Positions 1-15,536 of a stretch of DNA of 64,000 nt are shown here, piece after piece. The position numbers and the translations under genes are program-made. How positions within the stretch are numbered: position 1 is the first letter of the stretch; the number at the start of each line of letters is the position of its first letter. Under the pieces are notes generated by a model. That model made no database searches. It was not told the origin of the DNA and saw only the letters and a program-made list of their open reading frames with translations. This DNA comes from the human T2T-CHM13v2.0 reference genome, Homo sapiens: the NCBI RefSeq assembly GCF_009914755.1, contig NC_060933.1. One strand, given 5' to 3'.

Positions 1-297
1 CCAGGGGAGGGAGGCCTGTTGGAACAGGGCCAAGCAACTATTCTTGTCAAACCTTAACTGTCCTATGGGCTCTGAGATGGGCTGAAATGTAAGACTTGAC
101 TAAAACAATAATGGACTGTTTTCTCCATTTTCTCCCAGAATGCTGGGTGTGTTCAACAAACTTACCATGAAATGTGTGATCACTTAGGTCATGGACCTAG
201 CTGATAGGGGTTTAATATAGGGGCTATAAAAGAAATAAAAAGTCCTAGAGTCAAGGTTACCTATGTTTGTTTCATAACTAGACTGGTTCCTTTAATC

Positions 298-595
<298 letters not shown>

Positions 596-625
596 TTCCT
601 TTAATCTTTAAAAAAATTTTTTTGA

Positions 626-917
<292 letters not shown>

Positions 918-1980
918 GTTCAATGTAAATGGGCAGGTGTCACAGATATAAACAGGCCTGAGGTATATACCAAGAGTTTTGAGTCATGATTGTAGTCACT
1001 GAGAACTGATTCTGATCAAAGAATTTGTGGGATAAAAATGGAGATATATATGGATGATAAAAAATTTATGGATAATTTAAGGAGACAGACTCCTACAGTG
1101 ACTAAGAAAAAAAGAGGCACTGCAGAGAGGAAGAGATGCTATGAGAGGAACTCTTTATTGAAATTTCCCTCTTTCATATCTCCAGACCTCGAATGGCTCA
1201 TTTCTGAATAACTCAAGTAGTGATCAGAGCAGGGACACAATGGAGTGTTGGAAAGCTGTTGGGTGACCCATGAGAGAAGGCCCAATGGGTGGGTGCAAAA
1301 CCCCAGTAAGATGATGACTAGCTTCTTCAGCCAGTGAGATAAGGAAAACAGCATTCAAAAGAAGATTATGGTGGCACAGAACATTTTGGCTTCCACATGC
1401 AATTTCTTAAGAATTGTTATGCTATTTTATGGAACTTTATCTGCTTTTCTGATAACCTCGAAATGTGGTGAAAGGAAATGTGGTAAAATAACAGAGTATT
1501 GGCAGGCCATGCCTATTCTAAATTTCAGACATTCCCTGAGTGCTGGCAGTGGGGTGCATGTAGGATGAGGGCAAAAGCAATCCCGTATTGCATGAACTCT
1601 ATCCTGTTGGAAAAGGGTAAACAGGTTTCAAATCAAAGGCAATGATGCAGAATAGCTAAAGCAAACTCTTGCTTATCCACAGACTGATATCTAATCTATG
1701 AATTATTAAGTCCTTTGGGGTCACCTACCCTTCCCTTTGGGTTAATTATCCTTCTCATTAACTCTGGGGAGAAAAAGAGAAACAAGTTTAAACTTAACTC
1801 AGTTAATGGAGAGACCAAAGATCAGCTTTGGAAAAAGATACGGTGGGAGGTGGATGAAGCTCAGCTTTTTGGCTTACACTGATTTAAAAAAATATTACTT
1901 ATGAATTTTATATATCCTAAGTCATTTCTCTCTGCCATTGTTATGAAAAATTATAAGTTGAACATACTATTTTTTCTGAC

Positions 1981-2403
1981 TTTTATTTTAATTAATTTTG
2001 TGGGTACATAGTAGGTGTATATATTTATGGAGTACATGAGATGTTTTGACACAGGCAAGCAATGTGAAATAAGCACATCATGGAGAATGAGGTAACTATC
2101 CTCTCAATCATTTATCCTTTGAGTTACAAACAATCCATTTACATTCTTTATTTAAAAATATACAATGAAGTTATTACTGACTATAGTCACCCTATTGTGC
2201 TATCAAACAGCAGATCTTATTCATTCTTTCTATTTTTTTTTGTACCCATTAACCATTCTCATCCCCTCTCCAATCCCCGACTACCCTTCCCAGCCTCTGG
2301 TAACCATCCTTCTACTCTTTATGTCCATGAACTTAATTGATTTGATTTTTAGATCCCACAAATAAGTGAGAACATGTGATGTTTGTCTTTCTGTGCCTGG
2401 CTT
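1981..2403 (-). mobile_element. L1 3'-end fragment (L1MA/PB-like)
   Basis: Typical reverse L1 3'UTR (gggtacatagtaggtgtatatatttatgg...cccacaaataagtgagaacatgtgatgtttgtctttctgtgcctggct). Confidence 0.85.
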
Positions 2404-2949
2404 TGAATATACTAGTAATAGCTATGTTTCTATCACTTTTTGGATCTAGGTAAAATGAAAAAGGGCAAAAAACTTACTGCCTTGGGAAAGAATACTAGAT
2501 TAAAAGATGACACTAGGAATACTGCTAAATCCTTGCATTTGCTTAAATGTTGCCATCAAGGAGAAAATTCAAACCTCAAACTTCTGACAAGTGAAGCCTG
2601 GTAGGTGGGGTGATGGTGGATGATCTGGATGCTTTCATCAAGAGTCTGGGAATTAAATGCCTATAGGCAGGCAGATCAAGTATGTAGGTACAGCAGGCAG
2701 GATGTCAGACGATTGACGCAGGGACTCACTCTGTGGCAGTGGAGAGCATGCCAAGTCCAAAGACATATTCAGGATGAATTTTAACAATCACTGCAAGTCC
2801 AGCAAAACAGCCCTGTGTGGGCAGATGCTGCCCACAAGCCACCGTTTTTTGAAGTATGCTTTCAATGGGTTAAAGGAACCCGAAAAGAACTCCCTACTGT
2901 GATCACCAGAAAATGTAGGTAACCCTTAAGAACCAATGGGAAATAAAAA

Positions 2950-4310
2950 GAAATGCCAGAAAATTGGAGATAGAAAAAAGCTTTTCCTGATATTTCAAAT
3001 TTCTAGATTCTAGAAATTATGTAAATTTGACACAAATTCTGGGCAGCATTATAAAATGGCTCAGTAGTAGGTAATTAAACAGACGGTATTTTTTGATTGC
3101 TTACAAAAGATAAGGTTAGTTAACAGGAGACTGCATGAGATCATTATTAATCTTGCCCCTTTTCTGATAATCAAGACCAATATATTGATATAGATGATCA
3201 ATATCTGTGATGTACATTGTGGTTTTAGCCAGGAGATTGACATGCGGGGCCACCTGGAGAAATGTGAATACTTAGCTGGCTAATTAACCAAAGGAGAGAT
3301 GGTAGAGCAATGAGCTGATGTCACGAAAGACATTTTTTGGAGTCATGCAGTGGTCCTCTGACTTAGTTCACCTGATCTGTGCTTGTGAGCATTTTGGGGA
3401 ACCATGTCTAAGATATAGTAAGTGTGGTTATCAAACAAACGATGGCCTAAAATGCATAGGATGAAAAATTAATATACTAGATGAAAAAATCAGGATCCAA
3501 AATTACTTGAGGTGCTGAAATAATGATCTAAAGGGGGGAAAAAAAGAAAAATTTTATAGTAATGAATACTAAGTCTTGATTCTAGGTTAGAACAAACATT
3601 TCACAAGAAGAAGTTTGAGGATATTGAGTCAGTTCATGTAAAAAAGCCCTGGTTGAATTCATTGAAAGTGTACTCTGAACCAAAGATGTTATTTGGTTGC
3701 TAAGACTAGTAATATAATCTTATAGCATACCTAATGTGTAGGTCAAAAATAATAATCATCACCATTTATTGAAAGCATAATACCTCATATATGCCCCTCA
3801 ATAACTTTTAATACTCTATAGTTAGGTCTTAATACTCCATTTTATGAATGGGGACATAGGTTAAGAGGAGTTAAGTAAATTGCTCAAGAGGAGTTAAGTA
3901 AATTGCTCAAGGTCACATAGCTAGTTATTGCAGAATTAGTATTAAAATTTTGTTATACTATATTATGCACATTATACTGTGTTCTTTCCGTTATACCATG
4001 GAGAGAACTCCTTGTCCTACTCTATATGTACTAGTCAAGTACATAGTAGGTGCTCAAAAAAAGTAAATGAATGGATAAAGGAATTAAATCTAGGCTCTAA
4101 CAACACAGGGAATTGAGTTTAACTTAGGCACCACGTTTAAAAGATGTTGACAATTTAAAGTGCATACTGAGAAAGTGAGCAGGGTAGTAGATGATCTGCT
4201 GGAAAGCAGGATAAGCAATGAAATGATCTTGGGATATTTACTTTGGAAAAGACACAGCACAGTGGGGAGATGACAATGATCTTCACATATGCAAAATATT
4301 ATTTCAGAGA
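2950..4310 (+). mobile_element. Degenerate L3/CR1 LINE fragments interrupted by MIR (about 3745-3960) and a short L2 end
   Basis: Decayed resemblance to CR1 reverse transcriptase and 3' region (tggttttagccaggagattgaca; ttaggcaccacgtttaaaagatgttgacaa; gggatatttactttggaaaagac). Confidence 0.5.
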
Positions 4311-4325
4311 GAAAAGAATTTTAAT

Positions 4326-4638
4326 TTTCTTTCTTTTTTTTTTTTTTTTTTTTTTGAAGTGGAGTCTCGCTCTGTCGTCCAGGCTAGAGCGCAGTGGTAC
4401 GATCTCTGCTCACTGCAGCCTCCACCTCCCGGGTTCAAGCGATTTTCCTGCCTTAGCTCCCACAAGTAGCTGGCATTACAGGTGCCTGCCACCATGCCTG
4501 ACTAATTTTTGTGTTTTCAGTAGAGATGGGGTTTCACCATGGTGGCCAGGCTGGTCTCGAACACCTGAACTCAGGTAATCTGCCTACCTCAGCCTCCCAA
4601 AGTGCTGGGGTTACAGGTGTGAACCACTGCACCCGGCC
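4326..4638 (-). mobile_element. AluS
   Basis: Full dimer with a poly-T run on the + strand. Confidence 0.95.
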
Positions 4639-5013
4639 TTAATATTCAGAGAGAAAAGTCTTTTCCTGTATTCATTCCTAAGACTGGTAGCATAGGCAGT
4701 TTCTTCTCTTTTCCAGGAGGTGTTCAAATCAAGGTTGGGTGTAACCAGAGAATGCATTCTTTCAAAGTAGAGTTCCTATATCACCTCCTCCTATGCAGGC
4801 CTTGCTCATGCCAGTTGCTCAGAACATGTTTGTTAAGTCGACATTGATCAGGTGTGTGGAGGAAACAACTGCTTTGGGTACAAGCAATCTGTACTCAGTG
4901 ACTTCCAGAACATTTTCCAAATGTAAGATGCCAGGATTTTATATGCTCCACAGTGAATAATTCAGCACCATCCTCTGCCAAGTTTGGACTTAAAGCTGTC
5001 CATTGGTTTTCAT

Positions 5014-5220
5014 CAGTGGTTATTAAAGTATGGTTCCCAGACAAGCAGCATCAACATTAACATCAGTATCATCTGGAAACATTTTAGAAGTGCAATTTTC
5101 AGGCCTTACTGCAGATCTAGTGACAGAAACTCTAGGGGTAGGAAGGGGGCTACCCAGCAACCTGTGTTGTAACAAGCCCTCCAGATGATTTTGAGACCTG
5201 TTAAAGACTGAGAACCACTG
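5014..5220. mobile_element. MER5A (hAT-Charlie MITE)
   Basis: CAGTGGTT...GAGAACCACTG terminal inverted repeats and MER5A-like internal sequence. Confidence 0.85.
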
Positions 5221-7634
5221 GGTTGGATGTTTCTGGTCATCCCTGCTGGGATGCACACAAAAGCTCAATGAGGCTGCATGTTTCCTGAGGACTGAGGCCT
5301 GCCTTGTGGATCCTTAGTGCGTGGCTTACTGCCTGGCAATGGTGAAAGCCTGGTATTCACATGTTGAAACAGAACTGAACTCATAAAAAGATAGTGAGCA
5401 CAACATTTGATAGAACAGGCTTCAAGAATTGGTTATCTTCAGCCAAGAGTCCACAACTCCTCATCGGAAAAAAAAAAAAAAAAAAGCCAGTCACCAATGT
5501 TGCATAACAGATGAAAAGCTTGGTTATTTGAGTATAATTATCATTAGTTAGATATTGTCCCAAATAAAGCAGAGGGCATTGGTTACTCTACTGGTGCATT
5601 ATATTCTAGAATTGTATTGCTCTAGATGCATCAGGGTCATTGCTATATAAAAGGGAAAGACAAGGATTTTTCAGAATCAGGTTCCTATGAGGTGTTAATG
5701 ATCTCCTGAATATTGTATTTAGCTCTTTACATACCACTGTGATGCAAAAGTGTGATTGAATAATGATCCATTTAAATGGATAATTATGGGGGCATCTTTG
5801 TATTTCTAAGAAGACTCACGCAAATACAACGTGTATAAATAACTTGTGTTTTAGGGCAGTGGCAGGAGGAGGAGTATGAATCTCACTCTGTAAAGAAACT
5901 CCTTTTCCTAAGTCTTTTAGTAGGACAAAAAGGCATCTCTTAATGTTGTTGATTTCAAATCTCTGTTATTGGGGTTATCTAATATGAATGTAAAATTATA
6001 TAATCTACACACTGTATAGAATATACACAGCTAATTTAGGTAAATTTAACCATATATACCTTTCCAAATGTGTGTATATACATACATATACATATGTGTA
6101 TATGTCTCTATCCCTTTCTCTTGCTCAATCAAATGTAAATAAGACAGGTGATTTCACCTGCCACTCCACTCAGAAAGGACATGTTCTAGAAGATGTTTGA
6201 GATTGGTAATATGGATCTACTCTTCCCTTGGTTAATCTCTGTTCCCTTGTGCATCCCATGGTGTTTCTGTTTTGCGAGTGCAATTTCAGTGTTGAGAGAC
6301 ATTATCTTTGGTTCACTTACAAATGCAAAAAAAAAAAAAAACCCAACAACAATGACAACAACAGCATTTAAATTCTAAAACCCACACAAACAGAAGCAGC
6401 AGAATGAAGCCTGGCTTAGGTTTGTTTCTCTGGCACCTGGGATTGGTCTTGAGGTCATCTTGGTCTTTCAGGCCCCTGTTACTCCAGAAGGTCAGTCTAA
6501 AGCCTAGGACACAGGGAAGGTGGGTCTACATTCTGTCCTGGACTTCTGAGAGTTGCTCACCTTGGCCATCCTCTTTGAGGATGGAGCTCTGTAATCACCC
6601 AGAAAGGAACAGGGCCTTGGGGAAGGAGTATTCTTAAAGGGTTTGCAGGCATGGGGCCAGAGGCTCAAGTGGATGTACTATAGTTTCTTTTTGTTTCTTT
6701 TCAGAAAGAATTAGTGAAATGGTCACAATTTATTCACGTGTGCTGGTGCCTGCACCTCTTCGTTCTAGTTCCTCAGGGAGGCAAAGCCTTCCTTGCATCT
6801 TAACACTCTTTTTTCCCTACCTCTCTTTCCCTCCAGGTCTATGGCTTTTCTGAATTTAAAAAGCATTTCAAAGGCCTGTAGACAAATGCTTTGTAAACAT
6901 GTCTGAGCAATGGGTAATGTGTCCACATAGAACAATTTCCGGGGAACCACATGGTTATATGTCCATTAATAAATAGCTTTCTCAAGGTCTCAGAATGAGA
7001 AATATCTTCAGACTTTTAGTTTCTTCTTCTGTTTGCCAGAAAATTGCTTTACGTTATATCATCATAAAATGGTCTATTTTGCAGCAACAGATGTGTATAA
7101 AATCTGGGCATGGCTTTAAACTTTATTAGTATTGGCTGAGTACCGATGGATACTATCACTTAATGGCATATGTGTATATACCTACTTACATAGACTGAAT
7201 TCTTCAAAGAAATAAAGGGCCAGGGACAAAATATACCATTTAGGTAATTCCTACAGAGCCACTGGAGAAGTCTGAAGTGGATGAGCAGACAAAATGTCAT
7301 TTCATAAAAACTGGAGGTGACTGCCTTGAATCTTAAAAGCCTGAGCCATTCTGACTAAAGTCGTCAATATGTTAGGCCTTTCTACACTATTTCTAATTTG
7401 CTTCTGCCATCTTTCTATTGCAAATGCTTAAAATTTAAAGTTACACCTATGTTTCGTAATATTCTGGGTGTCCTTCGGAACAGTGGTTCCCAAATGCTAG
7501 GTTCTGAATGTGCCAGCCTGGAATGAAGTTTCTATTAGTCTACAGCAAAATAAGAAAAATAAGAAAATGTCAGTGTATTTTCATAAAGCTAGACTTACTA
7601 GGTTTAAATAATTCTCTTTATTTGAAGATCTTGT

Positions 7635-7635
<1 letters not shown>

Positions 7636-7667
<32 letters not shown>
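7636..7667. repeat. (CT)n microsatellite
   Basis: About 16 CT units seen directly. Confidence 0.95.
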
Positions 7668-7671
<4 letters not shown>

Positions 7672-8224
7672 AATACGCTGAGGTGTATCCTTCAGACTGA
7701 AGATTTTTCTTATAGCCCTGCTGGCTATACTATTTGGCCCATGAGATCTAAATGTATATAACCATTCAGTAGAAAAATCTGCTTTTATTATTTTTTTTTG
7801 CTTTCATCTTGTTCTATAAAAAGGAAAAACAAAACAATTCTGGGGAAAAATCCTAATTATTATTTTAGCTAATTTACAATTCTGTTACTGTCATTTATTC
7901 AGAAGGTGTTGGGCACCCATATAAGGCAGGCACTAGGGCTGTTCAACTCCTCTGGAAAAGACGTGCAATAGTCTACACAAAACATAAACTAATGGAGAGC
8001 CTAGAGTCAGGTTGAGTCTCATTTGGTTTTTGCCTGGAACAGAACTTCCCAATTTCTGATCTGAGCCAGCAACCTCAGGCCTGTCCTGCACTCAAAATTC
8101 TCTTCTGTCTGGGAGGACAGCTGCTACTGCCTGCTAGAGAAGTCTAGGATCTGTAAGTCTGGGATTTTGATCTATAGATACTTTGGGCAATGTTCTGTTC
8201 TCTCATAAGCTCCATGATTTCTCA

Positions 8225-8563
<339 letters not shown>

Positions 8564-8823
8564 CTAGGTGGGAAAAGGGGCCTAGATTCCTTGCTAAGTC
8601 TCAAATGAAATCCAAATCCAATTAGGCAACTTGCATCACTGTCTTCTTTCTGAACATGAAATTTATTATGGGTCTCTGAAGTTCACCTGAGCATATCTGG
8701 TTTACTGCAGGAGCTGAGTAGAATTAGGCAAGTTGTGAGGCCAGGGAAAAAGCTAAATCAAGGAAAGGGAAGCTATTCAGAGCCTAGAGTATCTTAAAAG
8801 CTCAAAAACTTCTGGGCTGGGGG

Positions 8824-9345
8824 TGTGGCAGAGAGACATTGTTGATTGGCCTTACTAAAAGCCCTTTTGCAACCTCATTCTCCTTTTTCCCTTTCCTGCT
8901 ACTGAGCTTAGAAACCCAACACAAACATTTCCAGTTTCCCTTGAAGCTAGCAGCAACCACGAGGATCCAGTTTGGGCCAAGAAACAAAAGAAGTCTGCTG
9001 CAGGGAGGAGTGGTGTCTTGGGAAGAGATTTTACTTTCCTGATAAAATATAGACATGTGGTTGCTTCTTTCTACAGTTTTTCACCTTCTCCTCTTTTTCC
9101 TGCCTGGAACATGAATGTGATGACTGGAGGTGAGGCATCTATTTCGTGACCATGAAACAAGAAAGCACAAAAGGAATAGCTGAGCCTAAAAAATAGAAGG
9201 AATCTGGATCTTTGACTTCAATGAGCCATTGTTGAGCTCTGGGCTCTTCATTTTTTGTTAAGTGAGAAAAATAAAGCCTTATTTATTTGCATTATTGTTA
9301 GCCTGGTTTCTGTTAATAGAAGGTAAATGGATTCATAACTGATAT
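8824..9345 (+). mobile_element. MLT1-family solo LTR (MaLR)
   Basis: Begins TGTGGCAG, contains cttcctgcctggaac...tgatgactggag, and has AATAAA near the 3' end. Confidence 0.7.
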
Positions 9346-11641
9346 AGCAGTAGAAAGAGCCCAGTGGAAAATTGAACCTTTAAGTAGTTTATGAATCAGG
9401 GTTATGGGGAGAGAACTGCTTTGCCAGTTCTTAAATGGGACAAGTCATTCTTCTAATCCCATGCCCTTGAGATGTGATAGGGATTGTCCCAAATATTTGG
9501 AGCCCTGGATTTTGAACCCTCAGGGATTTAGTTTGCTGAGGTGGCTCTTGCTTGCTTTGGGACATTAGCCTGAATTTGCCTGGGGCATGGAAAGTATGAA
9601 TGTAAAAGCAGGTGAGAGAAAAGAAAATACCAGAAATTAGACTGCTCTTGTCAAATATGGGAGGCTTCCTGAGGTGAGGAAGACCTGTATCACAGGGGAC
9701 ACTTGAGATTCACTCATGAAATTACACAGAGCATTAGTCTCGAGGGAGGGGAAAGAAAAGAGGCAGTTTAGAGAGGCCCTCAAAGCACAGATGATTGCTA
9801 TTGCTGCTATGCTATTGCTATATTTGAGACTCAAAGGAGTATATTTAACACTTATTCTGCTGGCACTTCATTTAACTTCTTTGGCTATATGTAACGCCTT
9901 TTTAACAAAAATAAAATACTATTTTTTAAAACTCCATTAACACGTCAAATTTTAACAATAAAAATTAAATTGTACATTTCAGTGTTTTGTCTGAGCCTCT
10001 GCCAGAACTTGGCAGTGCCCTGGGTTCTTTTAATTAAGGCTACAGATGGATAGTGAAAAGTTCAGTTTCCCCGACTGATTCATACAATGCAGGGCCCTTG
10101 TCTCTGACCTTCACCCTTTTCCACCCAGCCACAGCACTAAAATCTTTCTTCTCTGAGAAAGCAGACATGGCTGTTCCTCCCTTCTGAGCATCCAGTAACC
10201 TGGCAATGCTTTCGTTGCTACCATTGGTGATAACGACAAGAAAACCCTGAACAGCAACTGCATGGAGCTGGCTCCCATCTAGCCCAATGTCTGGCTTATT
10301 CAGGTTCTCTGGCCTTCTTTGAGGGGGTGGGCACTGGAAAGGAAATGGATCTCTGGACCATCCTACTTCCTGCATTGTATTTACAAACACCACCTTCCTA
10401 AGCTCTCTGGATAAGTGAGGTTCCTCTTCTACCACAAATGACTCATGCTTTATTGTAAATTATTTTGGGACTCTGAGCTAGCCCTCAGCATGTTATCCAC
10501 TGCAGGCTATCATTCATTAGAGCATCCCGCTGCCCCTGATTTTGTATCCCATGCTCCTCCACATTGGCTAGAGTTCCTGAGTCGAGAAGCTTAGGGTTTA
10601 TTTCATAGGTCATCCACCCCGACCCCTCCAACTTTTCTCTTTGCTTAAATTTGTGTTTCAGATGGAAGCAGTGAATTCTGGAATTCCCAGGTCTCTCTAA
10701 TGTAAATGTCTAGAAAGAAGTTGGGCATTGCAAGGTCAGGGAGGGTGTTAAGAGCTTCAGATTTAGAGAAGCTGTTGACCAAATCGTTTTGGTTTCAAAC
10801 CTTAGATATACTGGTGACCACACAGAGGGAAGTAGACTCCTGGGCTATAATCCCAGAGGCTCTTGTTCAGTAGATTTGATGTAGGTGGCCTGTTTGACAC
10901 ACTTTGAGAAACCATAGGAGCTTGCTGGTATGGGATTGGATTCCCAGTGGTTCTTAATGGAGCGTGGTACCCAAAGGGTATTTAGGAATCTGTGGGAGTC
11001 ACCAGTATTTAATGTGTGGAGGCTGGATATGCCAAACCTCCTGCAGTGTGTGGCACAATCCTACACAACAAGGAATTGTTCTGCCTCAATGCTAATAGAA
11101 CCTCCTTTTAGAAACACTGGGCTGGAAGGTGGATGGTGAAGGGTCTTCTGTTTTGTCCTCCGAGTAACAGAAAGCTGGGCTGGTCTTCTCATGAGGCAAT
11201 CTAGGCACAACCCCTAAGGTTTAGGAAAATGTTTAAGATCAGAAAAAATTATAGGTCCAGAAGTTATTGCTTAAATTATATATAATGTAGCCTTGGGTGG
11301 CATATTAATATCATTGATGTATTTTGGGTTGAGATCTCTGGAAAGCAAGAAACTTAGAACTTATGAAGGTTCTAAAATAGCCCTGCTGGAGACTGATTGT
11401 ATCTCTCTAAGAAAGACATGAGGCTAAGAGTGCTCAATTTCAGCCTCTACCATCTTCTTTCTGACATTATTTCTCATTAAAGTCAACTCCCTCATCCCCC
11501 AATGCTCTCCAAGCCTTCAGAGCTGTCTGCAGCCTGCAAGAGGTAGGAGGAACTAGGTGGGCATGCGATTCTGCGTGATTGCCTATAGGAAGTGGTAGGG
11601 ATTTCTGATTTGTGGCAGCTCGGCTGTCGCTTGAAGCTTAC

Positions 11642-11841
11642 TCAGGCCGTAGTCCCTTTCATCCGGGTCGCTCTCGTGTTTCCTCCATCGGCAGCACAGG
11701 TGCTGGAATATCATGGTCATGTGGCTGAAGATGATCAGTGGTGGGGGCAGAACTGGCCTTTCATGGAAAGTCATGATGAGCTGATACCTCTGAAACTTCC
11801 AGACTTGGTTGGATATCGATTTTACTTCAAAAAATGTATTG
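11642..11841 (-). CDS. TRPM3: TRPM3 coding exon (TRP box/TRP helix), 200 nt, phase 2-1
   Basis: Acceptor tattttag|CAATAC and donor CTGA|gtaagc. Translates [37 protein letters not shown]...DERDYGL, including the TRP box WKFQR. Confidence 0.97.
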
Positions 11842-11956
11842 CTAAAATAGAGACCAAAGAGAATCAAGTGAGAAAAACCCACTGTTTTCTGAAGCATCGA
11901 CTCCCCTTCACCCCTGCTGTCCTCATCCATCCCACGTGCTCCAAAGGACCCACTTA

Positions 11957-12145
<189 letters not shown>

Positions 12146-13309
12146 CTATTTGAGTTAGAAAAAAAATAAAAAGATGGATTTGTAGGAGGGTTTTAGATGG
12201 AAGAAATATATAGCCATCTCAAACAGAAAAAAGTTCCAAACAAGCCAAAATTGAAAAATGAGAGCTTCATGAATATCTCAAGGGGCTGCTACTGTGGTGG
12301 TGGGGGGCCTCGGTTCCACAGTCTCCCCAAGTTATCACCTGACCAGAAGAGGGGGGTGGAGCCACCTTCTTGCTCACACTGCCGCTAGGCCCCTACACCG
12401 GGTGAGGGGCACTTGGTGCTCTTCTGAAGCCTGATTGAGAACTTTTCTTGGGTGTGCCCAGGGAGAAGAAAGTCCCACCACTGGCAAGTTACTTTCAAAA
12501 TGTGCTGTAGAGGCTGTCAGCCTGACAGCTGTAAGAGCAGCAGCATCTCGGGACTATTGATTGGGAATTAACAACAGGGCAGCTGTTAATTGCTGCAAGA
12601 AACAACCTGGGAGCTCCAGCTAACGATTTGCTGTCTCAGTACAGAAGGAACAACACAGGGCAGTGCCTTGGGAAGTATTTAGAGGGCTTGTTGCTCTCTG
12701 CTCCTGATGGATGGGATTTCATTAGGAGGGCAATGAGGGGTGATCGGCCGTGATCATGGAGCTCATAGCCACACCTGTTCTTCCAGCAGCATTTCCATTC
12801 CAAAAGTGTGCTTTTCAGGGCACAGGAAACAAAACCTAACTGCAGTGGATAAATGGGCAAATGGGGGGAAAAAAAAAGCCTGGAGGTGGGGGTGAGGAGG
12901 AAGGTGATATGTGGGATTGGCTGTGTGTGAGTAATGTGCTAATGAGGCCTGCTTGGAATTTCCGGGTAAATGCAAGAAAGAAAAAAATCCCTGACAAAGC
13001 TTCTTAGTGCTGCACAGACAATGTGGCTCAGGAAGCCAGATGATGCCGTGAGGTGCCAGGCATGGGTGAGGTAGCCCTCCTCTCCAGCCCCCTATAATGG
13101 CTTTAGAACAAGGCTCTTTACATCTACCTGTAAAAGGTGGTTGGGGGGAGTGGGAGGAGCACCAAGAGGTCTCAGCAGTTGCCACAGGCTGCTTTGATGA
13201 TCGGCCAGGAAGATTTGAAAAGTTGACCCAGAATCTACTCGGCTGGAGTACTTGGCAAGAGGCGTCCATTCCTTTCTCAAGAGTTTCCGTTGCTAGGCTG
13301 CACATTCTA

Positions 13310-13483
13310 CAGTGATTCTCAACCCTGGCTGCCCTGGGGATCACCTGGCGAGCTCTAAAAAATACCAATGCCCAGCTTGGCTCCAGACAATTGAATCAGA
13401 ATCCCTGAGGGTGCCCCAGGCATCAGCATTTCTTTTAAAACTTTCTAGGTAATTCTCAATTGCCATGAAAGTTGAGCCCACTG
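13310..13483. mobile_element. MER5-type MITE
   Basis: CAGTGATTCTCAA...TTGAGCCCACTG termini with gaatcagaat in the core. Confidence 0.75.
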
Positions 13484-15237
13484 AGCTAGAATTAGGCTGG
13501 AAAAATTATGTAATTTTTGACATGCTCTGAGGCCCAAAATGCATCTTCTCAGCCTATGAGGATTTTAATAACATTAGGACACCAAGACCTGGTTTTTATG
13601 GCTAAGAAAAGAGGACCGAAGTGCTTCCTTTAGTTCTGCCTGCCAAGATGACTGGATGCAGAATCAGGCATTTTTGAGGAGCAAGAATCTTTTTTTTATT
13701 ATTGCAGTTGTGGCACTAAACACCCAAGACAGCCCTGTAAGAGGTCCTGATCATTTCCACCCTTAGAAGGAAAACTCAGCAATGAAGGCCCCCTGGCTTC
13801 AGCATGAAGTCAAACTCTGAGAGTGCCTGGCCCTGGGCCGTGTCTTGCCACCTCCCACCTCTCCCTCTGAGCACAAACTGGACTGAGTTTCCTGCAGTTC
13901 CTAGAAATGCCATGCGCTCTCTTACTTCCTGATTTTGAGCCATGCTGCTGCTTGGCTTCTAAAAGACCCCTCTGCTACCTTGCTCCCATTCCCATGCTTC
14001 ACCTGGGTGCATCCTGCTCACTCTTTAGTGCTCACCTGGCTTTCCAAAGCCCACCCAGCTCCCTTGCTGCCCCATCCAGTAAGGACTTGGGTAGGTATCT
14101 TCCTTACAATCCCAGAGCACCCTCTGCCTGCCCTTTTGGGGGTCTCTCACACTGTGTCACCATTGCCAGTTTATTCGTCTGTATTCCACACAAGATTCCT
14201 GGTGGAAGGTTGCTCCTCAAGATTTCCCATCATCTGGCTCAGTGCATACACATAGCACATCCATATGCACCTGTACAGGACGAATGTTGCATAAATACAG
14301 GAGATCATGGGGACACAATCTTGTTGGACACTAATAGACATTTCCCACACCTCCGCAGGCCTACTTGTGATGCATAGTCCTAGCTCTGAGGGGTCATTAG
14401 CTCCTTTCTTAGGTTCTTTCCAGAAATCCTGCCCTCAGCTTGGCAAGGAATCTTCTTACACTCAACCAGACTTCAGTGTCTCTGCTACCCACTTGGCCAC
14501 AGGCCTCATGGAACCATTGCTTTGTTTTTCTCTCCTCTGCGAAGCTTCTCGCACCTACTCTACTCACTCCCTCCCAGCCTAACAGTCTAGTAGGCTGGTC
14601 ACTCCTCTATTCTGCCCTTTCCTCTGGCTCCTGCTCAGATCTCTGTGTAGACGCCAACAAAGAGCAGAAATAACTGCTTGGGGTTAAGTTAGAGAACTTA
14701 CATGATTTTTACAAATGTGTTCCCTGATCTCCATTTCTTGACTATTCTGAGAGAATACAAAATAAACTTGTGAGAGGCAGAGCTCATTTATCTTGCTCTT
14801 TTTGACCCTATATTGAGGGAAGGCCATGAAGACACTTCCTCCACTTGGGCCCTTGTGCCCAGCTGAGAGAGGAAACAAGGAACAGTAGGTGCTTGCTTGT
14901 TTCAAGTGGTCCATGTGCATTTCCATGGACTTTCAGAAAGTGCCATCAACATATTTCCAGGTCTCTGCTGAGTTCCTCTGCTTGGTTCCTCAAAGGCCCT
15001 CACTAATTAAAATATTGGACCAGCTTAATATCTTTTTTTTTTTTTTAACATTATGTACCTTCCTGAGAAACTTAATATCTTTATTGAAGATTTGATTTGT
15101 TTGGCGCCGGGAACCTCCTGCCAATCTTTTGGGTATTAATTTATTCCAGCCTCCCCCACCTTTTACTCATCCTGCTTTAACAGAGGTAGTATTAATTTAG
15201 TGGTTAGGAACATGTATTATGTTCAAACCCCGACTCT

Positions 15238-15536
<299 letters not shown>

